DNA of 64,000 bases, from the NCBI GenBank assembly GCA_030141605.1, contig JAQGDQ010000018.1, positions 992,001 to 1,056,000 on the forward strand. Reading direction: 5' to 3'. Position numbers and translations under genes: made by a program. The notes under the pieces are model-generated. The model was not told where the DNA came from and made no database searches. It saw nothing but the letters and a program-made list of their open reading frames with translations. Each line of letters starts with the position of its first letter. Positions within the stretch are counted from its first letter, which is position 1. Positions 23,201 through 38,200 of the stretch are shown piece by piece. Source of the DNA: Tubiluchus corallicola (lineage: Eukaryota > Animalia > Priapulida).

Positions 23201-26200
23201 CAGATGGTTTTGATATTTTTTATAGTATGCCGACTATACGTGTGTCTGCATTTGGCAGCCTGCCAGTAAACAAAGCTGTATACTTTGTTTCTTTAGTGGC
23301 TTCTCTAGATGTATCTTTTAAGTGGCTTGTCCATAAAATGGTTACACGACTAGTATCATTTTCATGCCTACAGATAGTCGTTAACATGATATATTAATTG
23401 CTAAATGGAAAAGTAAGTAAAACAATATTGAAATAACTCATCGTCAAGTGAAAAGTTGTACTGTATTGCTGCCAGCTCTGCAAAATATCTGTTCTACTTG
23501 ATGTATTTGCAGCTTAGGTGTGTTTTCTTTTCTATTATAATTGATAACGTCATTTTGTAAGTTCTTTTGGAAATGAAAAATCTTATGTAAAAAAGAGTCA
23601 AGCTACAAAAATAATTCGTTTATAAATGCTTGATAGACTAGAAAGTTTTCAAATGCTATTTGCAGATAAGGCAGTATGCAGCCATCATCTTGCGCAGAAA
23701 GTTTATAAAGCAAAAGCGGTGGAATAAACTCCCATCACGTATTACTTCTGGGTAAGTTATGTGAACTGTGGAAAAGCATGTGTCATGTTAATTTTGATTT
23801 TATTAGTATATTGTATACACTGCTGGATGCAGCTCTCACAACTTAAATCAATTTTGCAACCATCTGCTGTCAAAACTTTAGTAACTTTTAATGAAATGTA
23901 AAGCTGTTGCATTTTTGTTGGTTTGGAAAATCTCAAATCATATTGTATGGTACCCATTTTTTATTAATATTCCTTTTAAGCCAATTCATTTTCATTTTAT
24001 TTTCTCATCAATTTCAGTGTCAAGCAAACATTATTAGAAAGGCTTTCTATCGAACAGAAGTAAGTAATCTATAGCACACTTTATTCTTATTTAGATACCT
24101 TGTATAGAAAGCTATATTAAGAAGATCACCCGATTTAAGAAATTTAAAATTCTTACATTATTATTTGCGAAAGGCTGTAATAAATCATTAATAATTGCAA
24201 CTTAGTTCAGGTACATGACCGTTTTTAACCTAGTAACATGTTGAAAACACATGCATTGGCATGTTGCCCAACAAATTGTTTTAATATCAATGAAAGTATA
24301 ATATCATGCAAGTATTTCTGGAAGTTAAAACAGGCTACATTTATAAGATAAGTTAATGAGTTAATCGAATGTGTTCATTTAAAAATGAAACAGTGCACAC
24401 ATAGATAGCATCTGAAAATATGTTATTTTGGTATGTTAGTTGTTAAGTTTAGTTTATATGGTACCCATTAGGGCTGTCTAGTTTACACATGTAACAGAGT
24501 GCTTAGTCACTAAATGTTTATAGATTTTTATAAACGATAAACAGTTTCCAACACTTTGTACCTGAAGTGATGTAACAGTAGTTGAAACATATGTTTTTCT
24601 TAGTCAGAGACTGTGTAGTGATAGGTCTACACTGCTCTTATAATTTTTTTAATATTATTTTTGTGTGCCAGTAGTTACTATGTTAGCGAGATGTGGAGCA
24701 TTTATTTTACCCTAGAATTGAAAGTTAAATTACTACAAAAGATAAACTTATAATATTTGAACTTTTCCAGTTTTTTCAGTTTTGCTGTTATGGCTTTTTG
24801 TGCAACTTGGCAAGCCTGCACAATATAATTAATGACAACTGACTTTGTTAACCCTTTTATTATAATTGAAAACAGGTGTTTGCAGACAGAAATAGTTATT
24901 AGTACCCAGTCATCCTAAATACAACATCCAGTCATGACAAGCAAAGAATTTATTGCATATGGTGGCACTTCATACTCCTCCCCTCCACATACACAATAAT
25001 ATATAATAAATAAAGTGTGTAAACAGAATTGTTTTGTTTAGTAAGTGCCATGTAAACGTTTAGGATATTTAATAAACGTGGCGACTCTAGTACCAAAGGG
25101 TTTATGTTATGTTATTAGTCATTTTGTTATATCCCCTTTTGTGTCTCATAATTCTTTTAAATATATTTTAGCAAGTCTGTAAGAAAGGCTATTACTCAAG
25201 TAACTGCCACCGTGGCGAAGCATGAGCTGAAAGCACAGCAGTGGCCAGAGCTATTTAACTTTATGCACAATGCAACACATAGCCAAAATGTGCAAGAGCG
25301 AGAGGTAGCTTGCCTACTGTCACTATTTAAATAAGATCATAATTTTTTATGATTGTTAAAATTTTTAAAAAAGTTTATAATAATTTTCAGTTTTACACTT
25401 ACAAATGGAGTAACCATGCCAACTTATGTAGCATTGGTTTATTTGGCCTGCTAATTGCTGTCATTGTGGGTTGAACTTTAAAACATTTATGATTGTGTTT
25501 TTCTTTAAACACATTAGCTGAACTCATGGTTTTTACAGTCTGATAACCCTAGTAACTGATAATAAATGACTATTATTATAGCTAACTGATGCTCATTTTC
25601 CTTTAGGTTGGCATGTTTGTGTTGAGCACAGTAACATCAGTTGCAGCAGATGAACTGCAGCCTCATTTAGTTTCTCTTTTACATTTGTTCTCACATACTC
25701 TACGAGATGCTGACAGCTTACTTGTTCCTTATTATACAATCCTGTAAGTATGATACATAATTGTTGTCTATAGTTAATTTTATGTTTTGCACTTTCCAGC
25801 ACCGAGTTGATTCAGTTTGTTTTTATGCGTGAAAGTGATGAGAGTCAAGGAAGAAAATTAAAAACAGTTTGTGATTTGACATTTAAATTAATTGAGATGT
25901 AACTGCTGTTTTTAGATTATTCTAATAGCAAGGAAAGTGCTTCGGTGACATTACTGATGCACAAACTGACAGTAACCTACTGGTATGTTTGAAAAATACA
26001 ATTTCTGCTTTGATTACATCAGTCTTAGTCTCATGATATGTGTATCATACTATGAACTAGTTTTTTATGATGTTGGTGAGGCGTCACAGTAGGTGTGAGA
26101 TTGTTAATGTTTAGTACTGCAAGCTGAATGTATTTTTTTGGCAAACTGTCATTGTTGTAGCAAGCAACTATATATTTGAACTATTGTTTTAGGTCTATGA

Positions 26201-29200
26201 CATCTTTAACACACCAGGTTGGATCTGATGAAGTAGTAAGTGACTTTTTGATTATATACAGAATTGCAATATCATCATTTAATTCAAATTTTTAATAGTG
26301 ATGCATTCCGTGTACCCTTGGCTACTATTGCCTGTATTAAAAAAACACACTTATTTCATATAGTTACTTGAATTGGTTAAGCAGAAAAAATTATGAATCA
26401 TAAAGAGTATGGTAAGTCATCACGTCTTTAAGTTATTTACTTTTTTGTCAGTGCTTTGTTTGTGCGTGAATGCAATATTAGTGTTAAACAACACAATTAT
26501 ATTCTTTCTTGTGTCAGTTTTCTGACAAACTCTTTTTCTTATTAATTTGTTAACAAATGTATTTTGTTTTCTTTTAGAAATATTTCCAGTCGCTGTTACC
26601 TGATGTATTAACTGTCATTAAAGCATTAGTTGAAGACAAAGAGGAACAAGCCTGTGAAGCACTAGAGATATTTGATGCAATGGTTGAAAGCGAAGTCGCA
26701 GTTCTTGCTCCCTCGCTAAAGTTAGTGACCAACTTTTGTTTAGAGGTACATTTTATATTTGCTCGAATTTTTATTTAAAGGATAAGAAAACACCTTTCAT
26801 AAATAAAGGTTAAAAATTCATCTTGAAATTTGTATTACTTATGTGCTGTCATGTTGCAGATAGACCTTCTGTTAGCAGTCACCCTGTACAAAATTTGTAA
26901 ATTTAAACTCCCTTGATGACTGTTAGGCATAGCCGTTTAACAGTAAGTCATTTGAAATAAGTTCAAAAAACAATGCTTAAAGTTTGAAAACAACCAGAGC
27001 ATTGGTAGCATGCTTTATTTACAGCAGTTATGCAAAAAAGTAGATGAAAAGCATTATTTAAAATTATAAACTTGTTAGGCGCTGAATCATTTTCTTGTAC
27101 ATTGGCCTAGCAATAGCAGTTATTTTCGTTCTGAATCATACTGATGCACGGATGCCAAATACACTGTGCTGTATCTTTAGTGTCACTTTGCCGGTCACAT
27201 GCATCTTGCATAGATAAATATTCCTATCGTAGTAGTATATTTATCTCTCACAGCTTACTTATTTATGAACCATTATGACAACGATGCAGGTAACTTTACC
27301 GTAGACATGTAATCGGTACATGAATCGGAAACAACCTGCAAAAATATTGTGTTGTGTAGCATGGAGGCGCCTTACACATGATATTTCAATTTATCAGCCC
27401 GTGTTTGACTGATCATGGTTAAGAAATCATGGTTAAGAAACAGTACAGCAGAATTTATCGGAATAAATGTACTTTTATTCGTTAAGATTCAAAAATGTTA
27501 GTCGTCTATAAGTACTGTGTGCGAAGTATACGTATTAGAGCTCAACTGTTGCCAAATGATTCCTTCCATGTGCGTGGCTTCTTAGTTCTTACTGTGCAAG
27601 AGACAGTGGCTGCTCTTGCGAAACTACCTATTTTATTTACATAAGCACTTTGTACTTTTGAGTTCTAGAAATTTATCCAAGCAGAGAATAAGCGATACTG
27701 AAAGCATTATGTGCTATAGGAAAACTGACTAACAGTGACAGATAAGATTCGTAAAGCCTATATGTTTGGTGTGTATAATACCACAATCTTAATTTGACTT
27801 AATTTAAGTATTGAATGTGATAGCACATTTAAGTAGCAGTGAATGAACATTATTAGCATTTCATTTTTTATTATGTTAGAGGCTCCCTGAAAAGAAGTCT
27901 AACAACGATTTGAAATAACTAAATGGGCTCAGTGAGCTGAAACATAATTTTTCAAACCAGACATTAACAATAAATTTTAATAGTAAAATTTATAGGAAAA
28001 ATGCATGTTCCCAAAATAACAACTTTTTCTATTGTTTTTATAAATTCTCTATCTTCAGTATCGTTTTTATCGTTCGAAATAATTTATTGTATCATATCGT
28101 ATAGTCGAAAAATAGATTATCGTTATCGTATTATTGGAGGGAAAGTACTGTATTGTTATTGTATCATTTAACATCACTACACTCTTTGCTAACCAAGCAA
28201 AAGTATAAACTACTTTATTTTGTCAATGAGATCAATAAGGTTTTTTTGGTGAGCTAATGGTGCACACTGGGATGGTAGTACAGTTTCATTTTTCCAGTTA
28301 CTGCAAGCATTTAATTCTTTAATAAATTTCTTTTCTAATTACATAAGTTTTTCAAGCAGATAAGTCTATAGCAAAGTAACATAACTTTGTATAAAAAGCT
28401 TTTTGGGATAAGTCCTTTGAAATTCTTTTTTCTTCCCCTTTAGTAATATCGAAATTTCCAGGTTTAATTTGCTTGAGTCTGCTGATTGATAATAGTTTAC
28501 ATTATAATGATAATGTGATGATTAAGAGGACATCATCTAATTATATCTTGGAAACAACAATTTGACTTTTGTTTCTTGCGGGTTTTTTTGTTGTCGCAAT
28601 GAATCCCCATAGCCATATGCATTTTAGCACCCAGTAATATGCTTAACACTTTGCAATTTGAACCAGATCACATGGCAGATTTGCTGGCGTTTTATTAATT
28701 GGAAACAGACAAGCCTAACAGCTATAGCAGTTTAAAAGGGCCCATTATTTCGTAAATAGAGTTGTTTGTTCACCCTGTTGTTAATAACTTAGCAATCTTG
28801 TGACTCGTACTGTTGCTCATATTGTCTATTATCAGGTGTGTCAGGTGCATTGAATTTTTTCTTTCTTGATACAGATTGCAAAAAATGACTCTTTGGGGGA
28901 TGCAGTACGAGTCAAAGCAATGTCGTTTCTCACTACAGTTGCCAAAGTGAAGAAGAAGGCAAGTTGTGACATATAATATTTCTGAAATATTATAAAGATC
29001 TCATATTTGTTTCTAGATAAATGAAATTATAATTTCACTAGTTTTTTAAATTAAATCTGATGGGTGAAATATGTTTTATATGTAGTAAGTTGTGTTTTAG
29101 GCATTAATCAAACAAAAATTGGTTGATGTGGTCTTGGAGGTATTGTTTTCCATTCTCTGTGCAACAAAAGATGACGATGATGATAAAGAACTTTTTGAAG

Positions 29201-32200
29201 ATTCCAGTAATCCTCATTACTATGCTGCTCAGGTAATATAAGTAGTTTTACTGAAACATTTTTCTTTTTCATAGACCTTTTTGTCATACAACTTTATTTA
29301 TTCCAAAAAGTAGGCTAGTGGTAGTGCTAAAAACTGTAGTTCTTATTGTGATGATGTTCATTACATCTCGAAATGTGGTAATCTCAGCTAGCTCTATGGG
29401 TTAACTTATTTTATTATAGTTACTTGCAACTATTCATCAACCCGTCATGTGTTGTTAGCTTGGACGTGGATGGTCCTGGTAGGCATAAAATTGAGTGAAA
29501 TATTGCCTCTTTTTATCACTTTACAATAATAATATACGAGACCTGGTATTCTAGTGCATAAAGTGTGTCATAATTTTTTGTCTTGGTTAACTTAGGACAA
29601 ACTTGTGCTATTTAACTTTTATAAAGAGAACTATTACTCCGTAAACATGTAAAAGATATCATTCTGTAAGTGCAAGTAAGTGCAACTAATGTACAAGTAG
29701 AAATTCGTGTTTCAATCTGAAAAAGCTAACGTGTTGGATTTCTCTACACATTACATTTTGCATTTTAGGTTGTAGAACATCCCATTATATCAATTTACCC
29801 AATAGCATGTAATTCAGTCACACCTGCTGAATGTGGAGATTTTATTAATAAGTCTGAATCTGTGTGTGCCAACCAAGCACAAACTGTAGGTTTAAAGATT
29901 TTTGCATGCTGTTGTTTCTTCAGTTGTTGTTACTGAATTCAGAAATTTCATTGATTTTATGTTTAAATTTATTTTATTTCAGCTTATTTAAAATTATATT
30001 TGAACATTGTAGTTTTATGCTATTTACAGCAATATATGCTTTAAGTTTTCTTTCTGGGAAGGCATGAATTTATGTTACGTTTTTATTACTACAAAAAAAA
30101 TTACGTTATAATAAATAAGTCATTATAATAATTAAATAAATATTGTCAAAAGATTTATAAGGCGCAAATACAGAACATACACGTAAATTGACATTAGATG
30201 CAGAAAGTAACAAATGCGTATGAAATGATATCAAAAAGTTGTCGAAGTAGGCAGATATTTTGGAAGTTAATCATTTAAATTTACTATATCTTAATTTATA
30301 CTTAAACTATAATATATATGCATAGAAATATATATACATTGAATGAAGATAAAAATGGCACAGGAAAAATGGCATAAATGGAAAAGTAGGTAAAAATGGC
30401 ACAGGTAGAAATGTACAATAAAAATGGCACAGGAAAAATGGCAGTAATAGAAAAATAGGTAAAAATGATTCAGAAAAAATAGTATAGGGAAAAAAACGGC
30501 ACGGTAAGAATGGCACAGAAAAAAATGGCACAAATTGAAAACTAGGTAAAAATGGCATACTTAGTAAAATATGAGTTTAGGGTTACGATTACCATGGGGA
30601 TAATTATTTTAGTTATTTTTACCTCTGCCAAGGAAGTTGTGCTTCAACACAGTTTGTTTGTTTGGTTGTTTTTTGTCTGTTATGGTAGCAAGCCTCTTAT
30701 ACAACAGCTACCTGATAGATTTCCATGAAACTTTGGAGAAGACTGGTATTGTGTGCCTAAATGGGAATCTTTTTGCCTGTTCTTTTTTGCAAAACTTGAC
30801 CGAAGACCACATACAAAAAACCTTTCGTGAAATACTTTGTGGAGGTCTCAGAGAGATGTTTAGTACTTCTTTTTTGTTATTTTCACCTGGACAGACAATG
30901 TACTACGAGTTAGTTCCAGTTCCATTTCGAGAAATTCTCGCTTATATAACGCTGTCTATAACCTTTGCTTATTAATGTGTATAGGCTTATAAGGTGACTT
31001 GGTTTGTAAATGCGCATATATTTGTCAGTCTATTACCGTCGACAAAATTAATGGTTAAAAAGATAGATAGACACTATGTGGAACATTCCTGCATTATTGA
31101 TTATAAATCTATATACTGAATAAATATTTTTTGAGACTTGCTAGTCTATATAATACCAATACGGACACATTTTTGTTTGTTTGCTTGTTTATCTTTAGGT
31201 TAAATTTTTTTAATCAAAAGAATCAGACAACCTACATCTTACTGAACTCATTTTAGTTTTATTATAGAAATCAATTGCATCAATATAACGTATTTGCCAT
31301 TTTTTCTACTTTTCCAGTTGTGCCATTTTCCCTGTACCATTTTTACCTACTTTTCCATTTGTGCCATTTTTTCCTGTGCCATTTTAACCATAGGCCATGA
31401 GCATTAGTTTCGTTTTAGAGTGTGATTTTAGATTTTAAAAACTAAGACTGCCATGTTCTAGTTCTTTTTAAGTAAAAAGTTACAATATATATCCTTAAAT
31501 GTATTAGCTTGATGATGATGCTCAAGCTTGAGGGTAGGATTTTGAACGGATCTTGTCAGTCAAGCTCACCCACTTAGCTCACTTTATTTCTGTATGTGTC
31601 AAAGCCATGGTATGAAATTTACAAACTAATCACGTTCTATAACAGAATGTAACATTTAGTATTGGACTTGTACAGGGCCGTATAATTGTAGAAAAAAAGT
31701 AAAGACAGTTTAATACCTTCAGTGTTTTTACAGGTGATTGACACACTTGCACTTCATCTTCCACCAGATAAAGTCATACCTCCTTTGGTAAGGAATTAAT
31801 ACACAAATATTTATTATCTTTAAACAAGTTTGCAACTATTGATCTTGCAACTATTTTATTACCAAATTGGATTGTTATCAAATAATTCTTATTTGGGCAG
31901 GTCAGACTATTTGACTGCATGTGTGTTATTATATATGTCAACTTTGTCTCATTTATCTGGGTATTTGCTTTCATTTATAGATGAAAATGATTGAAAATGC
32001 GTTAGCAAGTGTGAATCCTCAGCATAGAAAAGCTGGTTATCTTGCAATGGCTGTAGCAGCTGAGGGATGTGGAGACCATATCAAAAATAAGTATGCATTA
32101 CATTTGTGTAATACAAGAAGCACTCGTTTTACTGTGCCCCATTTAGTGATGATTTGTTTTAATGACGTTGAAATTTTGCCACCCATTTTTATATTTAACA

Positions 32201-35200
32201 ATGAATTATGGCTTTATCTTATGTTTAAAAGCTCAAAAAGTTTAGTTGTTGATTACAGAAACCCAGATTACAGAAACTCAATTTTTAACAATGAATTATG
32301 GCTTTATCTTATGCTTAAAAGCTCAAAAAGTTTAGTTGGGTTGCTGTTTTTATCATTTAGCATCCTATAGTTAAATGTTAGTAAAAACAACTACCAATAT
32401 AAATCTGCCATACTTACATGCTCGTTTCGTAGCAGCCCATCTGGTATTAACACAACATCTACATTCTGTCTAATTAATTGTAAATAATTTATTATTTACC
32501 CATTTATTATCTATATTTATGAAGATAAATATGCCTATGTTCTGATAAATTTCACTATATATATATTTTATGTGCATGTTGGGTTACTACAGTAGATGGT
32601 GATGGGACATAAGCCTGTCCAAGAAAAATTATGAAGCATATGACAAAATGTGTTAATATTACCAAGAGGATACAGATTACAGAAACTCAATTTTTAACTG
32701 TAAATATAACTAAGTGTGACCCTGTGTTATGAAGGAAATAGCTCATTTGTGTTTAGTGAATAATAATGTATCATTGTAATGAAGGCAGCTCATGCATTCC
32801 CCTATTTCATGTCGGAAGCATGGCTTCAAGTAATTCGTATTTCATTTAACACCATATTTCACTGGAGTGTCATCCTTCATTCTAGCAGGGGCTTGTTGAA
32901 ATTGAACATTAAATGTGGTTTATATATTGGAACTCCTCGAACAACAGTAAATTTTATGTGCATTTGTTAGAACCTTAATTAAAGCTTTTATTTATCTTCT
33001 GGTTGCCTTTTTTTGTTTAGTTATGTGTTAACAGATTGTGTGACTTTCGTTTTGTTTCTGTTGCAGTTACCTGCCAGTGTTAGTAGAATGTATTTATAAA
33101 GGAGTGACTGACAGCAGTCCGACTGTTACTGGTGCAGCTCTTTTTGCTTTAGGACAGTTTGCTGAACATTTGCAGGTAAATTTGCAAGATATAGTCTTCA
33201 TCATGTATAGCAGTGTAGTAGGATTACAGCATTATTATTTCTTCTAAGTATTATTTTGAAACACGAATTGAATTATACTTTAATTTTGTCCCATTTTAGC
33301 CAGATATAAGCAAATATCATTCACAATTACTACCGATGCTTTTCGAGGCCATCGGGAAGGTTAGTGAAACAACGAAGAAAGATTCAACCCTAGTCACTAA
33401 AGTCTTCTATGCTATGGAAATGTTTTCAGAACATCTAGGTAACTGAAATTTAAATTCACAATATTTTTAGTGGTGTACTAATAAGTGGAATATTAAAAAA
33501 ATTAATGTCTGGTGGTTAGGCATGTGTTAATAAGCCTTAATGTGTGCAAGTTTGCTGGGAGTGCACACATTCTTCTGGTTGTCACACTGTCCTAGGATAG
33601 TCACTTCTCAACTGCAAAACAGTAAACAAATAGTGCACTAGCTGCTTGTTTTCTTAGTACAGTAAATGCGTTTATTAGACTCACGGTTAATATAATCAGT
33701 CACCTAATCGACTCAAAAACGTCTGGTATGGGTCACTTCTATTCAAATGCAGATAAAACCGTCGCTAATTGATTCAAATAATTCTCGGTAATTGACTCAA
33801 TATTTTTCCTTCACGTACTTAAAATAAGAAACTTGTGTTGTCCTAAGAGCTTTTACTACTTGATTTTATGCAATATAATATTCGTAGAAACAGTCATGTT
33901 AGGCACAGCTTTGTTTGTAAGCAGGTACAGTATGCTTATCATATGCGCTAATATGTTAGCATAACGATTTTACTTTGAATCTGTCACCCGCTTGTCCGCT
34001 GGAGTTAACCTTGTTGTTTCTGGAAGCTAAACATTTAATCACTTGCCCAGTTTGCTTTTGAAGTTCCCGCTGCTTTTCACAGAGGGAAAAGACCATCACC
34101 AACTGCAGCTCAAGTACTAGGTGACTAGGTGTTTTGCATGAATATGTGCAATATACATCAACAGATTTTCAAAGTTTTTATCATAATGAGAATCTCATAA
34201 GCCAACGTCTTTGTGAAGAAATAAAGCAATTGCCCTTGCAATGAATTTTTGTAATTTTTAGTGGTAATAATCATATTTGTGTGATTTTTTATGTTCTTTT
34301 TTTATTAATTCACTTTTATAAATCAGTATTCTTAAATAATTGCACGTATAAATTTTGATATTAATTTGTTTCTAAGATTCATTTAAAATCCTTGCATTGC
34401 ATACTAAGGTGATGTGTCATGACTCAAACTTGTATAGTAGTAATAGGCTACACCCATTGGCTAATTGAATCAGCCAGTTAATTGGCTGGGTCAGAATACT
34501 TCCATCCCAAAGTGAGTCTATTAAGCGGCACCTACTGTATATAAAACCAAGCTTTTTTCAGCTCTGAATGCTTTTTTGTAATCTGAGTGAAGTTTGTAAA
34601 CAGCCCAGTGCGCATGTTGTGCTACTAACTTGACGTTAATTAAAGTTGGTTTGTCTTTGTTCTTTTTATCCATACAGTAGAACACCAAGTAGAAATAGCA
34701 ACTGAAATACTACCTTTACAATCTGTTAATTTTTTCATTAACTTGTGATTTATTTAAAGCTGTCACATTTCAGGCAAAGACCTATTACAGTACCTGCCTA
34801 CAATAATGGAACGGTTACTAGCCATCTTACGCAGTGGAGCAGATAATCGCATTAAGGAACTAACTGTCAGTGCAATTGGTGCAATAGGTAATGCTTTTAC
34901 AAAGTAATTTTTAAGCTTTATTTTTCTGTGGTGCTGTTACTCTGGAGATGTGTTTAGCATTTCCCAATATATTACTTCTAAAATCTTGCAATTTAAACTT
35001 GAATGCAGTTTATCCAATATGTGATCTTGCTTTTGTAATGGTAAAAATCTTTTCTTTAACAATACTTTCTGTCATGTTCCTCATATCAACAGTAAATAAC
35101 AAGACAGATAATGTGCGTGTGTTTTTATATTCCTTGGATTTTTTTCTTAGAACTATACCTGATTTTTAGTAACTCATTAAGATGTTTACTATATTATTTA

Positions 35201-38200
35201 TTATCGACTATAATTATTGTGAGCAGCAAATAATATATTTTTTTTATTTTTATAGTATTGCCTCATATTATCAAGGTGTTGTGGTAACAATTTAATGTTA
35301 TTTTTCCTTTTCAGCAAATGCAGCAGAAAGTGATATGTTACCATACTTTCAAGCTATTTTAGAGCACTTGAAAGTGTACTTAACTACCCAATATGAAAAC
35401 GGAAATAGTGAGTTGCAAACTCAGTCATTAGGTAAGTCTGGAAAGAAATCATATATTATTGTACCATCCCTCTCAATGGATAAAGTAATGAGACTGATAT
35501 ATTTCAGTTTCCTAAAGCAATCGGTTGCAGATGCTTTAGTGCAGCACATTATTTGTAAAGTGAATATGCAAAGTAAGCAGCAATTGTTAGAAAGTAATCA
35601 ACACGTTTGATTATAATTTTGTTATGTGGGTCACATTGTTTTTAAACGCACATAGTATTGGTAGTACTGTGAAATGGTTTAGCACTTTGCCGGTAATAGT
35701 TTTGTATACTACTGACATCTTTAATGAACATGTTGAATTTGGTTCGTCTTCATTTAATATGGTAATCGTAGCTTTCGGTTACTTCTTTAGATACACTTGG
35801 GGTTTTGGCAAGGACCATAGGAAGTGAGAGTTTCATGCCAATAGCTGATGAATGCATGCAACTTGGTTTAGGCTTACTTGGACAAGTAGATGATCCTGAT
35901 TTAAGGAGATGCACGTAAGGAGTTGACGTGCTTTAACATTTGGAAGATTTTAAAATAGCGTATAGCAACATTTTTGTTTAGATAAAGACTTGATAAAGAT
36001 CAGTGGGTCTCTTTTCACAAGTTTATTACTATTTATTAGTTTAGTGTTTTTAAAACTCCGTGTAAAGTATGAAAGCTTTATTGCTTTAGCTTTTGTTTTT
36101 CAATGTGTGCCATCATAACACATTTTTTCATATTTCATTTCTTGATGATAATAAAACACGATTGGTTTTTAAAATGCTGAGGTATTTTAAATAAGTTTGT
36201 TGTTGTTATATTAGCCGATTGTTTAGTTTAAGAATTAATGTGACTTAACTTATGTTCTTGTCGTTATGTTTTACTTGACATGTAGTAAACATATGTAAAG
36301 AAGCTTAAGACTTAAGAAATTATAGTTCATCTTTTTTTCTTGTTTGCAAGATTTTAAGCTATATACCTGTTGCAGTGTTTAAAAGCTCAATATTATTATT
36401 ATACTGCAAATATCATGTTTTGTTACTACTGTTGTGAAATCTGAACATTAAAAAATGAAGAGTAGTTATTGTAGAGATCTGTTTTTACTGTGTATATATT
36501 TTCAGATATGGCCTGTTTGCATCCTTGTCTACAGTATTAAAGCAAAGCATTGAACAGTACCTTCCAGCAATCTGGAAATTTATGCTTGATTCATTACAGT
36601 CTACCGAAGGTGTAACTGTAAGTTGTGTATAATTTTGGATTGGGTCATTCATTGAACACGTTATAATAATTATTTGCAAATTTGCAAATTCACTATAGTA
36701 ACATTAGCTCACAAGTTAATTGGTTGCATGTATAATGTATAGGCTGTTTATGACGACAATGAAGCTGCATTTCAATTAACTGATTTAACGGATGAAGATG
36801 CGGAGGATATTACAGAACCTAGTCAAGATGAAGAAGAAGAAGACAATGTTCAAGGGTAAGATGTTTTGGAATATGTTACATTTTGAAATGTAAAAATATT
36901 ATATGGAAACTATTTTTCTTTATAAAACTGTTTGAATTATCTCAGTATAGTGGTATTATAATACAAAAAGAAATAGACAGAAAATTTATCAGGATCCATA
37001 ATGCTTGGAACAGCTGAATGGAAAGAAAAATGCTTTTCTTACTGTCTTTGCTTTGCCATATTAGGTTCCACATTTTCAGATGATCCTATGTATATTCATT
37101 AAATATTATTTTGCATTTTGATTGATGCTTATTTCAGGATGACTGTGGAGAATGCTTATTTAGAAGAGAAAGAAGATACCTGCAATGCTTTAGGGGAGAT
37201 TGCCATGCATTCCGGGTAGGCCTAATTGAATTTGAGCTGGCCCGTATCTTAAATAACAAAACATTGCCTAGCTTTATCTACGAGTTATTGTTGTCTTTTA
37301 CAAATATTTATGTGAATGGGTAAATTGTGATAGGATGTTTTTATTACTATATTATTTTCTGTACTTATTGTTTCTTGAAGTGCTAGTCCATCCGCTGAAT
37401 AAATTTAGTTTCTCAAGCTCTGGCAATTTCAAAATTCTGCTTCATGACTTTAAATTGCATTTGTTAACTAATTTAGTGAGCTAAGTGGAATTTAACTACA
37501 TTGTATTTATTTAACTACAACAGCTCATTCACCTAACTTATCATGGTTGTTTTCTGATTCTGATACGTAAGGTAATCTTTTTAGCTTCAATTGAATGTAG
37601 TACTTAGGGCAGTACAAATTGCTGCTCATGTCTTGCCATAGTTTTTTGCTAGTCAAACTAGGTCAATTAAGGTGACCAAGTATACTCTATAATTCACATA
37701 TGCTATGTAACGAGGAATTTCAAACTACCTTTTTAACTATTGGCCAAGAGTATTTCAAACAAGTAACTGGTCTTTGTAGCAAGAAGCATTTTTTCCATTA
37801 TACATAGCTGTTTGTTTGTATCATTCAGCCATTTGCTGCTTAAAAATCTGTATACTATGCATTGAAATATTTTGATTTTGTATTTGCATTTCAACCTTTC
37901 AGACCATCATTTGTGCCTTATATGGATTCCTGTTTTCATGAGGTGCTAGTTCTAATAGATTACCCAGCAAGCAATGTCCGGAAAGCTGTTACAACTTGTC
38001 TTGGGCAATTTTGCACTGCACTTTATCTAGTCTACGAACAAACTAAATCTAATGATGCACAAGAAGGTAAAAAACAAAACTTGACATATGCAGAAACAGT
38101 GGTGCTATTCTAACTACAGTAAGCTAATTTTGGGCAGAGGGAAGTTAGAATGGCAAATGAACCACCAAGAGACATTTTTCTGGTGAACACTCTTCCGTTT

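Noticed and set aside
30350-30560. Repeat array superficially like a CRISPR array
   Set aside because: The units are short and irregular with no unique spacers, there are no cas genes, and the context is a eukaryotic intron.
30291-30975. Cys/His/Phe-rich and hydrophobic ORFs in IPO4 intron 10
   Set aside because: They are products of the AAAATGGCAC repeat array and the interior of the foldback element, with no recognisable domain.
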